Shown here: piece by piece, positions 28,641-37,821 of the stretch | Layout: the number at the start of each line of letters is the position of its first letter | Position numbering within the stretch: position 1 is the first letter of the stretch | Assembly (NCBI GenBank): GCA_049521795.1 | Contig: JBEKOM010000005.1 | Location: forward strand, 40,658 to 104,657 | DNA length: 64,000 bases | Direction of reading: 5' to 3' | DNA from: Candidatus Bathyarchaeia archaeon | GTDB lineage: Archaea; Thermoproteota; Bathyarchaeia; Bathyarchaeales; Bathycorpusculaceae | Made by a program: the position numbers and the translations under genes | The notes under the pieces: generated by a model | Seen by the model: only the letters and a program-made list of their open reading frames with translations | Told to the model about the DNA's origin: nothing | Databases searched by the model: none

Positions 28641-29561
28641 TCATCGGATAGAATCAAGTAGCAAGGAGGTGAAATGATCGTTAACCTTAGAAAAGAAATG
28701 GTTCATCTTAGAATATAGAATGGGTATGTCCGGAAAATCTCTCCCGTAGGTTTTTCTGATTTGTTTCACCCTTTCAGACTCATGTGGTTCCATTTTGATA
28801 ACCTTCTTTTCAAAAAGGGACAACAGCCCAAAAAAACTCTTTTCGTTAGCTAAACCTAGATAAATCGGAGCATATTTGTCTCGCAGTGCATACAGCTCAT
28901 CCTTAGTTTTTTCGGAGTACCTGAACCTGCTAATTTTCAGTTTACTCGAAGAACTGGAGTATCCCCAAAATCGTGCGACGATTTCATGTTGGATCAAGTC
29001 GTCTCGAACATCTTTCAAATCAGGAATGTACCACGATGTAGCCTCTGTAAGTATTTTGCAGTATCCATCGTCATCAATGTTGGTGTTTTCAGGATTCAAA
29101 AAGAAGTTAATGTGATCATGGAAGCTTCTGAAGGGAATATTTCTCGTATGCTTTACGCTTTCTTCATCCTTAGAGGTCAGAATTAGAAGTTCCCTTGCAA
29201 GTTTGGAAAATTTTTCCATCAAAATATGACCATGCAGGAACCAATCCTCCATATCCAAGTTTAGGAGGCACCATTGCTGACTGTATCTTTCAAGAATCTG
29301 TGTTTCTTCGGAAGTTGGCGACCGTCTTTCTGCTGCTGGATCAAGCAACTCTGCCTGAATTTTCCAGTATTGATTCTGAAGTTCGGCATCCTCGAGAATG
29401 CGAGTCCATATTTTGGGTAAGAAAACATGGGTCATGCCAAAAGACCTGTGAGACATAGTCAAAGTCGCAGTCTTTTCACGACCTAACTGTTTGTAGAGTA
29501 CTCGAACGATTTCTGATAGTGAATTTTTCTCGTTCAATTCCTCAAGTTCTTTGGGAAACAA
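28641..29561 (-). CDS. Hypothetical alpha-helical protein with a HEPN-like Rx5H motif
   Basis: LKDVRDDLIQHE at the end of a predicted helix. AT-rich. Confidence 0.55.
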   Translation of the reverse strand: MFPKELEELNEKNSLSEIVRVLYKQLGREKTATLTMSHRSFGMTHVFLPKIWTRILEDAELQNQYWKIQAELLDPAAERRSPTSEETQILERYSQQWCLLNLDMEDWFLHGHILMEKFSKLARELLILTSKDEESVKHTRNIPFRSFHDHINFFLNPENTNIDDDGYCKILTEATSWYIPDLKDVRDDLIQHEIVARFWGYSSSSSKLKISRFRYSEKTKDELYALRDKYAPIYLGLANEKSFFGLLSLFEKKVIKMEPHESERVKQIRKTYGRDFPDIPILYSKMNHFFSKVNDHFTSLLLDSIR

Positions 29562-29729
29562 ATAACGCCCTAGAACTAAGTACCTCTTTCAATATATAGA
29601 ACATTACCATTTCCATTTTTTCCAAATGAGTAAGTTAAAATCGAGAGCTAAAGTTACTTTCAAAATTGTGCAGTTGGGCGGGTTTTTTTTCCAGTTTTAA
29701 TATTAGATTAAGAAGACTAATTCGTTGTC

Positions 29730-29930
29730 TTGGCGACAAAAATGGAAGAAAAGCGAACTGATAAGCAAGCAAGTCCTATACTCGATGTGCCAACACCGAA
29801 CGATCAGAGGTCCATCGTGTTTAATTCAACAAGTCCAGCGTTCAAAGCAGCTCTTGACAATCGCAGCACACAACTTAACCCCAACAGTCAGGCCTACCGC
29901 TCTTCACGGGGAGGTGGCCGCAAGAAGTAG
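29730..29930 (+). CDS. Small protein with a duplicated (N/D)xRS..NP/NS motif
   Basis: NDQRSIVFNSTSPAFKAALDNRSTQLNPNSQAYRSSRG shows an internal repeat. TATA-like TTTTAATA just upstream. Confidence 0.55.
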   Translation: MATKMEEKRTDKQASPILDVPTPNDQRSIVFNSTSPAFKAALDNRSTQLNPNSQAYRSSRGGGRKK

Positions 29931-29962
29931 GCATAGGAGGCAAAAAGCCTCCTTTTTTTCTA

Positions 29963-31480
29963 TTGTTAGAGGAATCGCTATTGGAAGATGTTAACAAAAC
30001 TGAACGGAAGGAGATAATGCTTGCAATTATTGAGGCTTTCGACAAATACGCAAAAAGATATAATGAAAGGTTTAACAAAGAGTTGGAGTCAAAGACAGCT
30101 GAAGAAAAACGTCAGCTGCAAGAAATGTATAAAAAAGTTGATATGCTTCTCTCCAAAAGAGCCTTCATTCCAGGTTTTTCCAGATATGTTTTGAGGAACG
30201 CTATGAACAATCGAAGGCTGATTCGGCATCGTAAGGTGCTTGTCAACGCATTTATGATTTCCATGATAAACCGGGAAGGCTTCATGATTAAGGATATCAA
30301 AGAAAGAACAGAAGAAAAAACGAGTCTAATGAAAGTGGGTGAACCGAACAAAGCTTATACCCGGAGAACTGACCAGCAAATTCTTAATGAACGCTGGCAA
30401 GATGCCATCTTCAAACGAGAAAAATCATCGAAGGAAAGCGCAATGGACGATAGGTTCAGACCCTCATCAAGTGTTTTTGCCACCGCCAAACCACCTTCTA
30501 CTCCACAGTCCTACTTAGCTGATGAACAATACGAGGCACTCTTCAACTACTCTCTTTCAAATGAATATGTTATGGAGTGGTTGACTTACTCAGCCACAAT
30601 GCAGACAGTTATGCCTGAAGTCTTAACGGATCAGCTTTTGCTTAGGGAAGAAAGTCTTAAGGTCATAGTGCATGAATTGCAGAGAACCGCCCAAGAGCTA
30701 AGGAAAGTCCGAAAAGAATACCGGAAAGAAAAGCTAAGGGAGCGTGAAAAGCGCGCGAAGTTTTTCCAGTCGGAAGTTGACAATTTTTCGCCGATTTTCT
30801 TGGAGTTCTATTTTCACTTTGCCTCCTTGTTGGCGTGGGAATGGTTCCGTAGTCGTCGACCCGAAAACGTGAAGTCACTACTTGCCCGAGGTTTTCCGCT
30901 TCGATTTACATCTACAGATATCGTTAATGCACGAAAGTTGTTGTTGAGGCAGACCCACTCTGAAGATCATGCTGACTCAATATTGAGAGCAGCATTGCGT
31001 GAATATGCTTTTGCCGAAAAATCATTTGCGCGATTTAAGCAGTGCTTAGAAGCAAGTGGATTGCACGAATTAGATTGTGGGATAGTTCTCGAGAACATAG
31101 CGACCGTTCACCGTGACAACAAGAACTACAAACTCATGCGTATCTGCTTGAAGACCGCTCTTCAACATTATGAGAAATCTGGAGAGTCCTATCGAGTTTG
31201 CGTAGCACTAAAGAATATGGGTGAAGCAGAGTGGTACATGGGTTACAAGAACAAAGCTCTAAGATACTTTACACAATCAGAAAACAGAAGTAATGCTCTG
31301 AACGATCCCATTCAGCATTTCAAGGTCTTAGGAAATTTGGCGGCCGCTTCCAAGAGAATAGGTGATTTGAAACTTGAACGTAAGTACCTAATGAAATATT
31401 TAGCAGCGTGTCCGCAGGAAGATACAGAAACGATGCTTCAAATAGAAAACCGGTTGGAACAGCTAGACAAGTACTTCTAA
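29963..31480 (+). CDS. Hypothetical protein with C-terminal TPR-like repeats
   Basis: Repeated helices GIVLENIATVH, VALKNMGEAEW and KVLGNLAAAS at about 40-aa spacing. Confidence 0.7.
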   Translation: MLEESLLEDVNKTERKEIMLAIIEAFDKYAKRYNERFNKELESKTAEEKRQLQEMYKKVDMLLSKRAFIPGFSRYVLRNAMNNRRLIRHRKVLVNAFMISMINREGFMIKDIKERTEEKTSLMKVGEPNKAYTRRTDQQILNERWQDAIFKREKSSKESAMDDRFRPSSSVFATAKPPSTPQSYLADEQYEALFNYSLSNEYVMEWLTYSATMQTVMPEVLTDQLLLREESLKVIVHELQRTAQELRKVRKEYRKEKLREREKRAKFFQSEVDNFSPIFLEFYFHFASLLAWEWFRSRRPENVKSLLARGFPLRFTSTDIVNARKLLLRQTHSEDHADSILRAALREYAFAEKSFARFKQCLEASGLHELDCGIVLENIATVHRDNKNYKLMRICLKTALQHYEKSGESYRVCVALKNMGEAEWYMGYKNKALRYFTQSENRSNALNDPIQHFKVLGNLAAASKRIGDLKLERKYLMKYLAACPQEDTETMLQIENRLEQLDKYF

Positions 31481-31689
31481 TTTTGTGTAAACCATAAGAA
31501 ATCGACTCCGAAGCCGCTTTAGTGACGACAGTTTTTTTTGCTGCCCCGGTCCATTGAATTAGTTCTAATTCCGATTTTCTGAGAACCGAGAATTAGTGGG
31601 TTGCGCACTTTCATGCGGAAGAAACAAATTCACAATCCAGCACTAGAACTACTATATGAAAACATTGGTTGATCGTGAGGGGCACGAAA

Positions 31690-34425
31690 ATGGTCAAGTG
31701 TACATTGTGTCCCAATAGATTTAATGAAGGAAAAATGTGTCTGACATGTGGCAAAACATATTGTAAAAATGAAAACGTTTCAATCTGTCCTTTCGGATGC
31801 CAAGGGGAACTTTCTGAATTTAAGGTCTCCGAAGAGAAGCTAGGCGGATACAAAATAGAATGGCTAACCATTGCAGGCTCAAGAATAGGTCTTATGGATT
31901 TCGACGAGGTTCCCTCGTTGTTGCCTGCCGTAATAAAATCATTGAACGTTGAAATCCCTCGGAAATACAGCTTGCTCTTATTTCCAAATAGGGAAAGCGC
32001 CTGCAAAATCATCAATTATTTGCGAAAGAAATCTGGACTTGAAGACATTGGCTACGATAAGTCTTTTGACAAATCCAGGTATACTCTAATGGAAGATTTT
32101 GAAACAAATAAGCAATACATACTTTTGAACCTTGAAGCAACAAATCCTCAGCACATGAAATTTCTGATAACATTCTTGGCAACTGCCTTCGCAAAAATTG
32201 ATGTTTACAGAAAGACAAAACACAAAAAAATGACGGAAGCAATATGCAAGGGTGTTTTCGATTATCAACGAAGACTTGGAATACCCTTCGTTTTATTGGA
32301 TAAAGAACTTGAGGAAAGAATGAAGTATCTGTCAAATTCTCTGCCAGGATTTTACTCTGAATATGAGGCATCTATAGGAATGGCGAAATCTTTCCCACAA
32401 GAGATTCCAGATTTTCTTCGACAAAAAATGGACCTATTAAATGCGGCGCTCAATCCGGATTATATCGGGTGGCTTTATGCCTTTTTTGATTTTGTTGGAG
32501 CACAAATTCAAATCGCGAGTATCCTGGCTGCATCAGTAGAAGAAACACATCTTAACTCATACATAAGTCAGCACTTTAACGATTTAGCCGATGAAAACAA
32601 ACGAAGCCTGACGGGTTTTCAAGACTTATCAAAATGTGCGGACATCATTGTCAAAGATCTATCACAAAAAATGATCTATAGCTCGTATGAAATATACGAA
32701 GAAAAAGTATCTCATACCTTTGTTAAGGCATTTGAAGTGATAGTACCAAGGACTCTGAGAACCTCTGAAATAGACAAGCTATTCGAGGTTAGCCAGACAT
32801 ATGAAGATATGATAGAAAGAAACCTGCCACCCATAGCGCCTCATTTAGGAACATTTGCAGAATTCAATACTTTTCTACTTCGGATGTTTCAAAGGGACAC
32901 CCTTTTTCCTGAAATGAGAATTATCGTGGGACAAATCCTGCAAGGTAATCTTGTTTTCAAGATATGGAAGCAAAATGATTACGTAGCCTATGTGCAAGGA
33001 CTCAGTCTAACAAAAAACCTTGCAAACCTAATCGTGGAAAAACTTCCGGAAATTAAGAAACGGTTTGGTAAACATGCATCTCATAGCACACTAGGTTATC
33101 ATGATGCTTGTTTGGCATTGCTTACGTTTGCGCAGTTTGCTTCAATTATGAATGATGACGAAAACGCAAAGCAATTAATCGAAGAAGCAAAGAGAATAGC
33201 TGACCGATATAATGCTTCCTCAGTGAAAATAGTTCACAATTGGTCGGATTTTACTAAAACACATGATTACTCTAAATTGTTGGAATCGTACAGGTCCTAT
33301 TCTGCTACAGATATTGCTGAACACTCTTACTTGGAGCCACAAGCAAAGACAATAATGAATGTTGCGAAGGCGATTTTTGAGATCAAGAATTTTGATTATA
33401 ATCTTGAAGCGGCGGAAAAGAGCGCCCTTGGTATTGCAACACCGCACCCTCCCAGAAATATGTCCTTCAGCTATTTTGAAAAAAGCGTTCTTGACAGTTT
33501 GGTCTTTTGTCACTTGGTTCGGGTTTTCAAAGGTTTGATGAGTGCATGTATTGTACAGGGACCGAATGCGGGATTGCCGCTTAAGGAAGCCTTCTTGAAT
33601 GCTGAAGCTATGTCTACCTATATTTCGACCAAAGACCCTCTGTTTAGTTTTGTTTACAAAACAGAAGCGGTTTTTTTCCTATTTTCAGAAGACATCGAAA
33701 AAACTCGCCGTGTAGGTTCAAAACTACTTGAAATAGCTCATGATGCACCGCTACTTGTACATTTTGTTGATAGAATCGAAGAGTGGCTTAAGGAATCCGC
33801 AAAACTGAAGTCGAAACGATTCCTTGCAGTGCAAAAGATAGAAACAAATGAGTATGACCCATGGGAAAGAATGCTCTCGAAGTTAATTGCTGAAAGAAAA
33901 AACGAAGACCTTGAAAAGAGCATTGCTTCGGCAAAGGCTTTTGTTTTTGTGGAAGGTAAGTGTGACGTTGCAGTACTTGAGCAGTTCACCACGAAACTTT
34001 TTCCAGGGCAGCTAATATTTTTCATGGAAATTGAGGGGTATTCGAATATGTCGAATTACGCTCAAGCAAAAATAGCTATGCGGCTTTCAGTTCCTGTGTA
34101 CATGATGTTCGACGGAGATTTGTTGAAAGATAATAAGAAGAAGCGAGCCGTTGAGGAACTAATCAAAAAAGTCGGTTTACCACAAAATCGCATTTTCTAT
34201 TTGGAAGAAAACAGCATTGAGAATTATTTGCTGATTCCTCATGCAATAAAGAGTGCATTTCCTCAAAGCGTTATGTCTGAGGAAGACATTGCCGTATTCA
34301 TAAAAAAGGAACCAGAACAAACGCGACAAGAAACAGGTTTTAAACAATCTTTTCTGCAAAATGCAAATAGGTTCATACAAATACAAAAAGGCAGCCCTTA
34401 TTGCGAGCAAAATCGAAGCAACTGA
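31690..34425 (+). CDS. Large protein: N-terminal Cys-rich Zn ribbon, helical middle, C-terminal OLD-family TOPRIM nuclease domain; probably frameshifted near the 3' end (true stop 34489)
   Basis: CTLC..CLTC..C..C.FGC at the N-terminus. FVFVEGKCD, MFDGD and LEENSIENYLL TOPRIM motifs. SD GTGAGGGG before ATG 31690. Confidence 0.75.
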   Translation: MVKCTLCPNRFNEGKMCLTCGKTYCKNENVSICPFGCQGELSEFKVSEEKLGGYKIEWLTIAGSRIGLMDFDEVPSLLPAVIKSLNVEIPRKYSLLLFPNRESACKIINYLRKKSGLEDIGYDKSFDKSRYTLMEDFETNKQYILLNLEATNPQHMKFLITFLATAFAKIDVYRKTKHKKMTEAICKGVFDYQRRLGIPFVLLDKELEERMKYLSNSLPGFYSEYEASIGMAKSFPQEIPDFLRQKMDLLNAALNPDYIGWLYAFFDFVGAQIQIASILAASVEETHLNSYISQHFNDLADENKRSLTGFQDLSKCADIIVKDLSQKMIYSSYEIYEEKVSHTFVKAFEVIVPRTLRTSEIDKLFEVSQTYEDMIERNLPPIAPHLGTFAEFNTFLLRMFQRDTLFPEMRIIVGQILQGNLVFKIWKQNDYVAYVQGLSLTKNLANLIVEKLPEIKKRFGKHASHSTLGYHDACLALLTFAQFASIMNDDENAKQLIEEAKRIADRYNASSVKIVHNWSDFTKTHDYSKLLESYRSYSATDIAEHSYLEPQAKTIMNVAKAIFEIKNFDYNLEAAEKSALGIATPHPPRNMSFSYFEKSVLDSLVFCHLVRVFKGLMSACIVQGPNAGLPLKEAFLNAEAMSTYISTKDPLFSFVYKTEAVFFLFSEDIEKTRRVGSKLLEIAHDAPLLVHFVDRIEEWLKESAKLKSKRFLAVQKIETNEYDPWERMLSKLIAERKNEDLEKSIASAKAFVFVEGKCDVAVLEQFTTKLFPGQLIFFMEIEGYSNMSNYAQAKIAMRLSVPVYMMFDGDLLKDNKKKRAVEELIKKVGLPQNRIFYLEENSIENYLLIPHAIKSAFPQSVMSEEDIAVFIKKEPEQTRQETGFKQSFLQNANRFIQIQKGSPYCEQNRSN

Positions 34426-34795
34426 GGTCAACCAAGAAATAAGAAACATTCTTCTTAAGACTATATCGGGGAGAGTTAATAGCGATTGAGGCATATCCAT
34501 GACTGACGAGACAGTGGCTGCGATCGTTTCTTCAAGAATAAGATGTAACGAAGCGGCAAGATTTCAAGGAAAAGACCCAATATTCAGTCCTGTGCTAGAG
34601 AATGAGCTTTAGTAATTGAATTTTCAACGTTTCATTGCTATTCGCGCGCGCGGACTGGCTACAGTTTTTCTGTTCTACGCTTTTGACATATTCCTTATAT
34701 GTCGCTGTCATCACATTGTTTTTTTGGCGATATGATATGTCAATCCGAAATCCTACCAAAAGTAGGGTCTTCGGGAGATATCCCGCTTTTTCGAC

Positions 34796-34903
34796 TAGGC
34801 TTGCTATTCTTGGAACCCATGTTTCCCGTTCATCCCTCAGAAACTTTGCAAACAAGTAAGCTTCTACGTTAAACAACGTGTCAATGGTTTGCTCGCTGCC
34901 GCG
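34796..34903 (-). pseudogene. Putative C-terminal remnant of a solo Cas1 (casposase-like) gene
   Basis: Reads RGSEQTIDTLFNVEAYLFAKFLRDERETWVPRIASL. This matches, from memory, the C-terminal pattern of archaeal solo Cas1 proteins (QTIETLINEEALLFAKFLRNE..TWIPRI). The rest of the gene is absent. Confidence 0.5.
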
Positions 34904-35213
34904 CGGGCGAGCACCATTTCGTGTGTGTGAACGTGAATGTGAATCTCTCCTGGGCTACCATGAAACCCAAGTCAGGGTATTGTTCAAACTCTCGGTTCAG
35001 TAATTGTGTGGGGGTGGGATCCCCCAAGTTTACCGGAGAAAAAGCATACTTAATATGTTTGGTGAGAGTTCGAATCCGCGTGCGGGCCAGAGGCTGTGCC
35101 TATAAGAATCTTTTGCGCCCTTTTTCGAGCAATTTGCTGGCATTTTGGTAGAATCTAAAAAACGAAGATGTGCGCATGCAAAAAACTTTTATCCAATCAA
35201 ACACTCTTGAAAA

Positions 35214-35660
35214 GTGATGCCGACAGTTAAGGATTTCATGACGAAGAATGTTATAACTATTGACGCTAGCAAAACTGTTTTTGAAGCCGTAGACCTAATG
35301 TCGCAAAACAACGTAGGCGATTTGGTGGTTATGGATAAAGATACGCCTGTAGGGATCGTCACTGAACGGGATTTCGTGAGAAGAGTCTTGGCGGAGAGAA
35401 AATCGCCAAACATCAAAGTTTCAGAGGTAATGACCACACCCCTCAGAGTAATCGATCCAGAAGCTCCACTTAAAGAAGCTGCTAGAAGAATGGTCAGCAA
35501 AGGAATCCGACGACTTCCTGTAATAAAGGATAACAAGCTGGTTGGAATAATAACCGCTACCGACTTCGCTAGACACCTGAGCAAGAAAACCCTCACCGAT
35601 GGCATACTTGAAGCAATAGGCCGTAGCGACTACCCCGTTCCAGAAGTTTTCGAAAAATAG
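35214..35660 (+). CDS. CBS-domain pair protein
   Basis: VKDFMTKNVITI, GIVTERD, VSEVMT, RRLPV and GIITATD. Confidence 0.92.
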   Translation: MMPTVKDFMTKNVITIDASKTVFEAVDLMSQNNVGDLVVMDKDTPVGIVTERDFVRRVLAERKSPNIKVSEVMTTPLRVIDPEAPLKEAARRMVSKGIRRLPVIKDNKLVGIITATDFARHLSKKTLTDGILEAIGRSDYPVPEVFEK

Positions 35661-35841
35661 CAGAAGCCGTGGGGCAAACAAACCCGAAATACAGTAAACC
35701 TTCTAGGGTAGAAGCTCAATTCTCGCTCATCACCCCAAAATACCATCATCCACGGCTAATGGACAGAGTACGCACATACTGTAAAATGAAATCTTGGCAA
35801 GTCTTCTCTGATCTTCGCCATTGTGGCTAGGCTAAGTATGT

Positions 35842-37821
35842 TCAAGCCCGAATCAGTACTGGGAGCAGAAGCAGAGCGGTCATGCCCAGAAGCTTCATGA
35901 ATATGAGAACGGAGGGGCCTGCAACGTCCTTCAGCGGGTCTCCTACAGTATCACCAATTATTGTTGCCTTATGAGTATCCGATTTCTTGCCCCCATACAG
36001 CCCACTTTCGACCAACTTCTTGGCATTGTCCAGCAGGGCGCCTGTATTGTTAAAGAAGAAGCCTAGCATGGCGGCGGAAGCCGTAGCCCCGATGAGCAGC
36101 ATTCCTAACTCGGTCGGACCAAATAACAGACCCACAGCGATTGGAGTTGCTATGGCAATGAGCCCCGGCAGCACCATTTTGCTGAGCGCATTCTTGGTTG
36201 CGATATCAATACATCTGGCATAATCAGGAGCAACTTTCCCCTCTTTGAGCCCTATGATCTCCTTGAACTGCCGCCTCACTTCATCAACCATTTTGAAAGC
36301 CCCATCGGAAGTCGCCCTTATCGTCAGAGAGGCCAATGGCAAAGGCAAGACTACACCTAGGAACAGTGCAGCGATGGGGTATGGCGTTCCAAGCGAAATG
36401 ACAGAGATTTTAGCCGTTGCGAAATACGTTGCGAAAATCAAAAAAGACGTAACCGTGCCTGATGCCATGGCATAGCCCTTGGTTGCAGCCTTCATAGTGT
36501 TTCCGACAGCATCCAGAGAATTTAACGTCTCAGATGCTTGCCCTGAGATTCCAGACATTTCGGCTATTCCCGCAGCATTATCGGTTATTGGACCGAACGT
36601 ATCAGAAGCCATAATAAACGCGATAGCGAAGTCCGTGCCAATGTTTGTTATGACTAGCCCGTAGAGAGATTGACCAGTTACCATGAAAGATAGCACTACG
36701 GCAGCCAAAACTGCAATCATCGGGAACAATGGAGTTGCCAGTCCAGTCGATATGCCAGTTATCAGGTTTATTGCGGGGCCTGCTTGCGAGGATTCAGCGA
36801 CATGATGTACAGGTCCACGCTCCAGACCGGTGTAGTATAGTGTACCTAGGACACAAACGAGCACGGCTGCAAACCCAAGCAAACCCGCAAAGAATAGTGA
36901 TACATCATTCATAAACAGCGTAGACAAAAAGAACAAGCCAATCGAGCTAAGAACTGTCGTAACCATGAGACCGACAACCAAAGATCCTGTTGCGCTAATC
37001 CGCTTCCAACGTCTAACCAGCGATATCCCAAACATGGAGGCCAGAACACCGACAGCTTCGAGTATAAATGGAAACACTACACCGTTTGTGCCGTATCTCG
37101 AAATGAAGAGAACGCCCATCAACATACCAGTTATTATGTCATCACTGAAAGTCTGGAACAAATCTGAACCTCGCCCTGCACAATCGCCCACGTTGTCGCC
37201 AACCAAATCGGCGACCACAGCCGGATTTCTTGGGTCGTCCTCAGGGATCTCCATTTCGATCTTACCCACCAAATCGGCCCCAATGTCAGCTGACTTTGTA
37301 TATATGCCACCTCCGATTTGCGCAAACAATGCCGCTAGGCTTGCTCCAAATCCAAATCCAACAAGCGCTGGAATATCATTCAAGGCTACTCGCAATAGGA
37401 ACAACGAAACCAGACTTATCCCTGGAACTGCCAGACCCATAACTGCACCTCCCAAAAAGCCTGTTCTCAGAGTTGCCCCAGGTGAACGCGTAGCGGCACT
37501 TGCGGTTCTTACGTTGGCTCTAACGGCGACGTTCATGCCAACGTACCCCGCGAATAGGGAGAGAAGGACTCCGCACAAGAAAGCCAATGAAGTAGTCCAA
37601 TTGAAAAGAAAGAGAATTATTAAGGCCAGCCAGGGAATGACAAGAATGATTGTCCCCAATTGTCTCTTGATGTAAGCGCTTGTTCCTATCACAATATACC
37701 TGCTCACCTCTTGCATACGAGCGGTACCAGAATCACGTTTGAGAATCCAACGAGTGATATACGACGCCACCAAAATGGCAATCATCCCAACCACGAAAGC
37801 AAACAGAAGTGGATCTGCCAT
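35842..37821 (-). CDS. hppA: Membrane-bound ion-translocating pyrophosphatase, K+-independent type
   Basis: GGGIYTKSADIGADLVGKIE, EDDPRNP, DLVGDNVGD, GPITDNA, GNTMKA (Lys determinant), DNAKK and GDTVGDPLKD. Confidence 0.93.
   Translation of the reverse strand: MADPLLFAFVVGMIAILVASYITRWILKRDSGTARMQEVSRYIVIGTSAYIKRQLGTIILVIPWLALIILFLFNWTTSLAFLCGVLLSLFAGYVGMNVAVRANVRTASAATRSPGATLRTGFLGGAVMGLAVPGISLVSLFLLRVALNDIPALVGFGFGASLAALFAQIGGGIYTKSADIGADLVGKIEMEIPEDDPRNPAVVADLVGDNVGDCAGRGSDLFQTFSDDIITGMLMGVLFISRYGTNGVVFPFILEAVGVLASMFGISLVRRWKRISATGSLVVGLMVTTVLSSIGLFFLSTLFMNDVSLFFAGLLGFAAVLVCVLGTLYYTGLERGPVHHVAESSQAGPAINLITGISTGLATPLFPMIAVLAAVVLSFMVTGQSLYGLVITNIGTDFAIAFIMASDTFGPITDNAAGIAEMSGISGQASETLNSLDAVGNTMKAATKGYAMASGTVTSFLIFATYFATAKISVISLGTPYPIAALFLGVVLPLPLASLTIRATSDGAFKMVDEVRRQFKEIIGLKEGKVAPDYARCIDIATKNALSKMVLPGLIAIATPIAVGLLFGPTELGMLLIGATASAAMLGFFFNNTGALLDNAKKLVESGLYGGKKSDTHKATIIGDTVGDPLKDVAGPSVLIFMKLLGMTALLLLPVLIRA

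Noticed and set aside
34499-34612. 37-aa ORF directly after the TOPRIM gene
   Set aside because: Too short and has no motif. It may be a truncated gene but cannot be supported.
35060-35090. GTTCGAATC...GCCA resembling a tRNA 3' half (possible att site)
   Set aside because: The flanks GAGAG/CCGCG cannot form a T-stem, and it does not match the tRNA-Gly 3' end.
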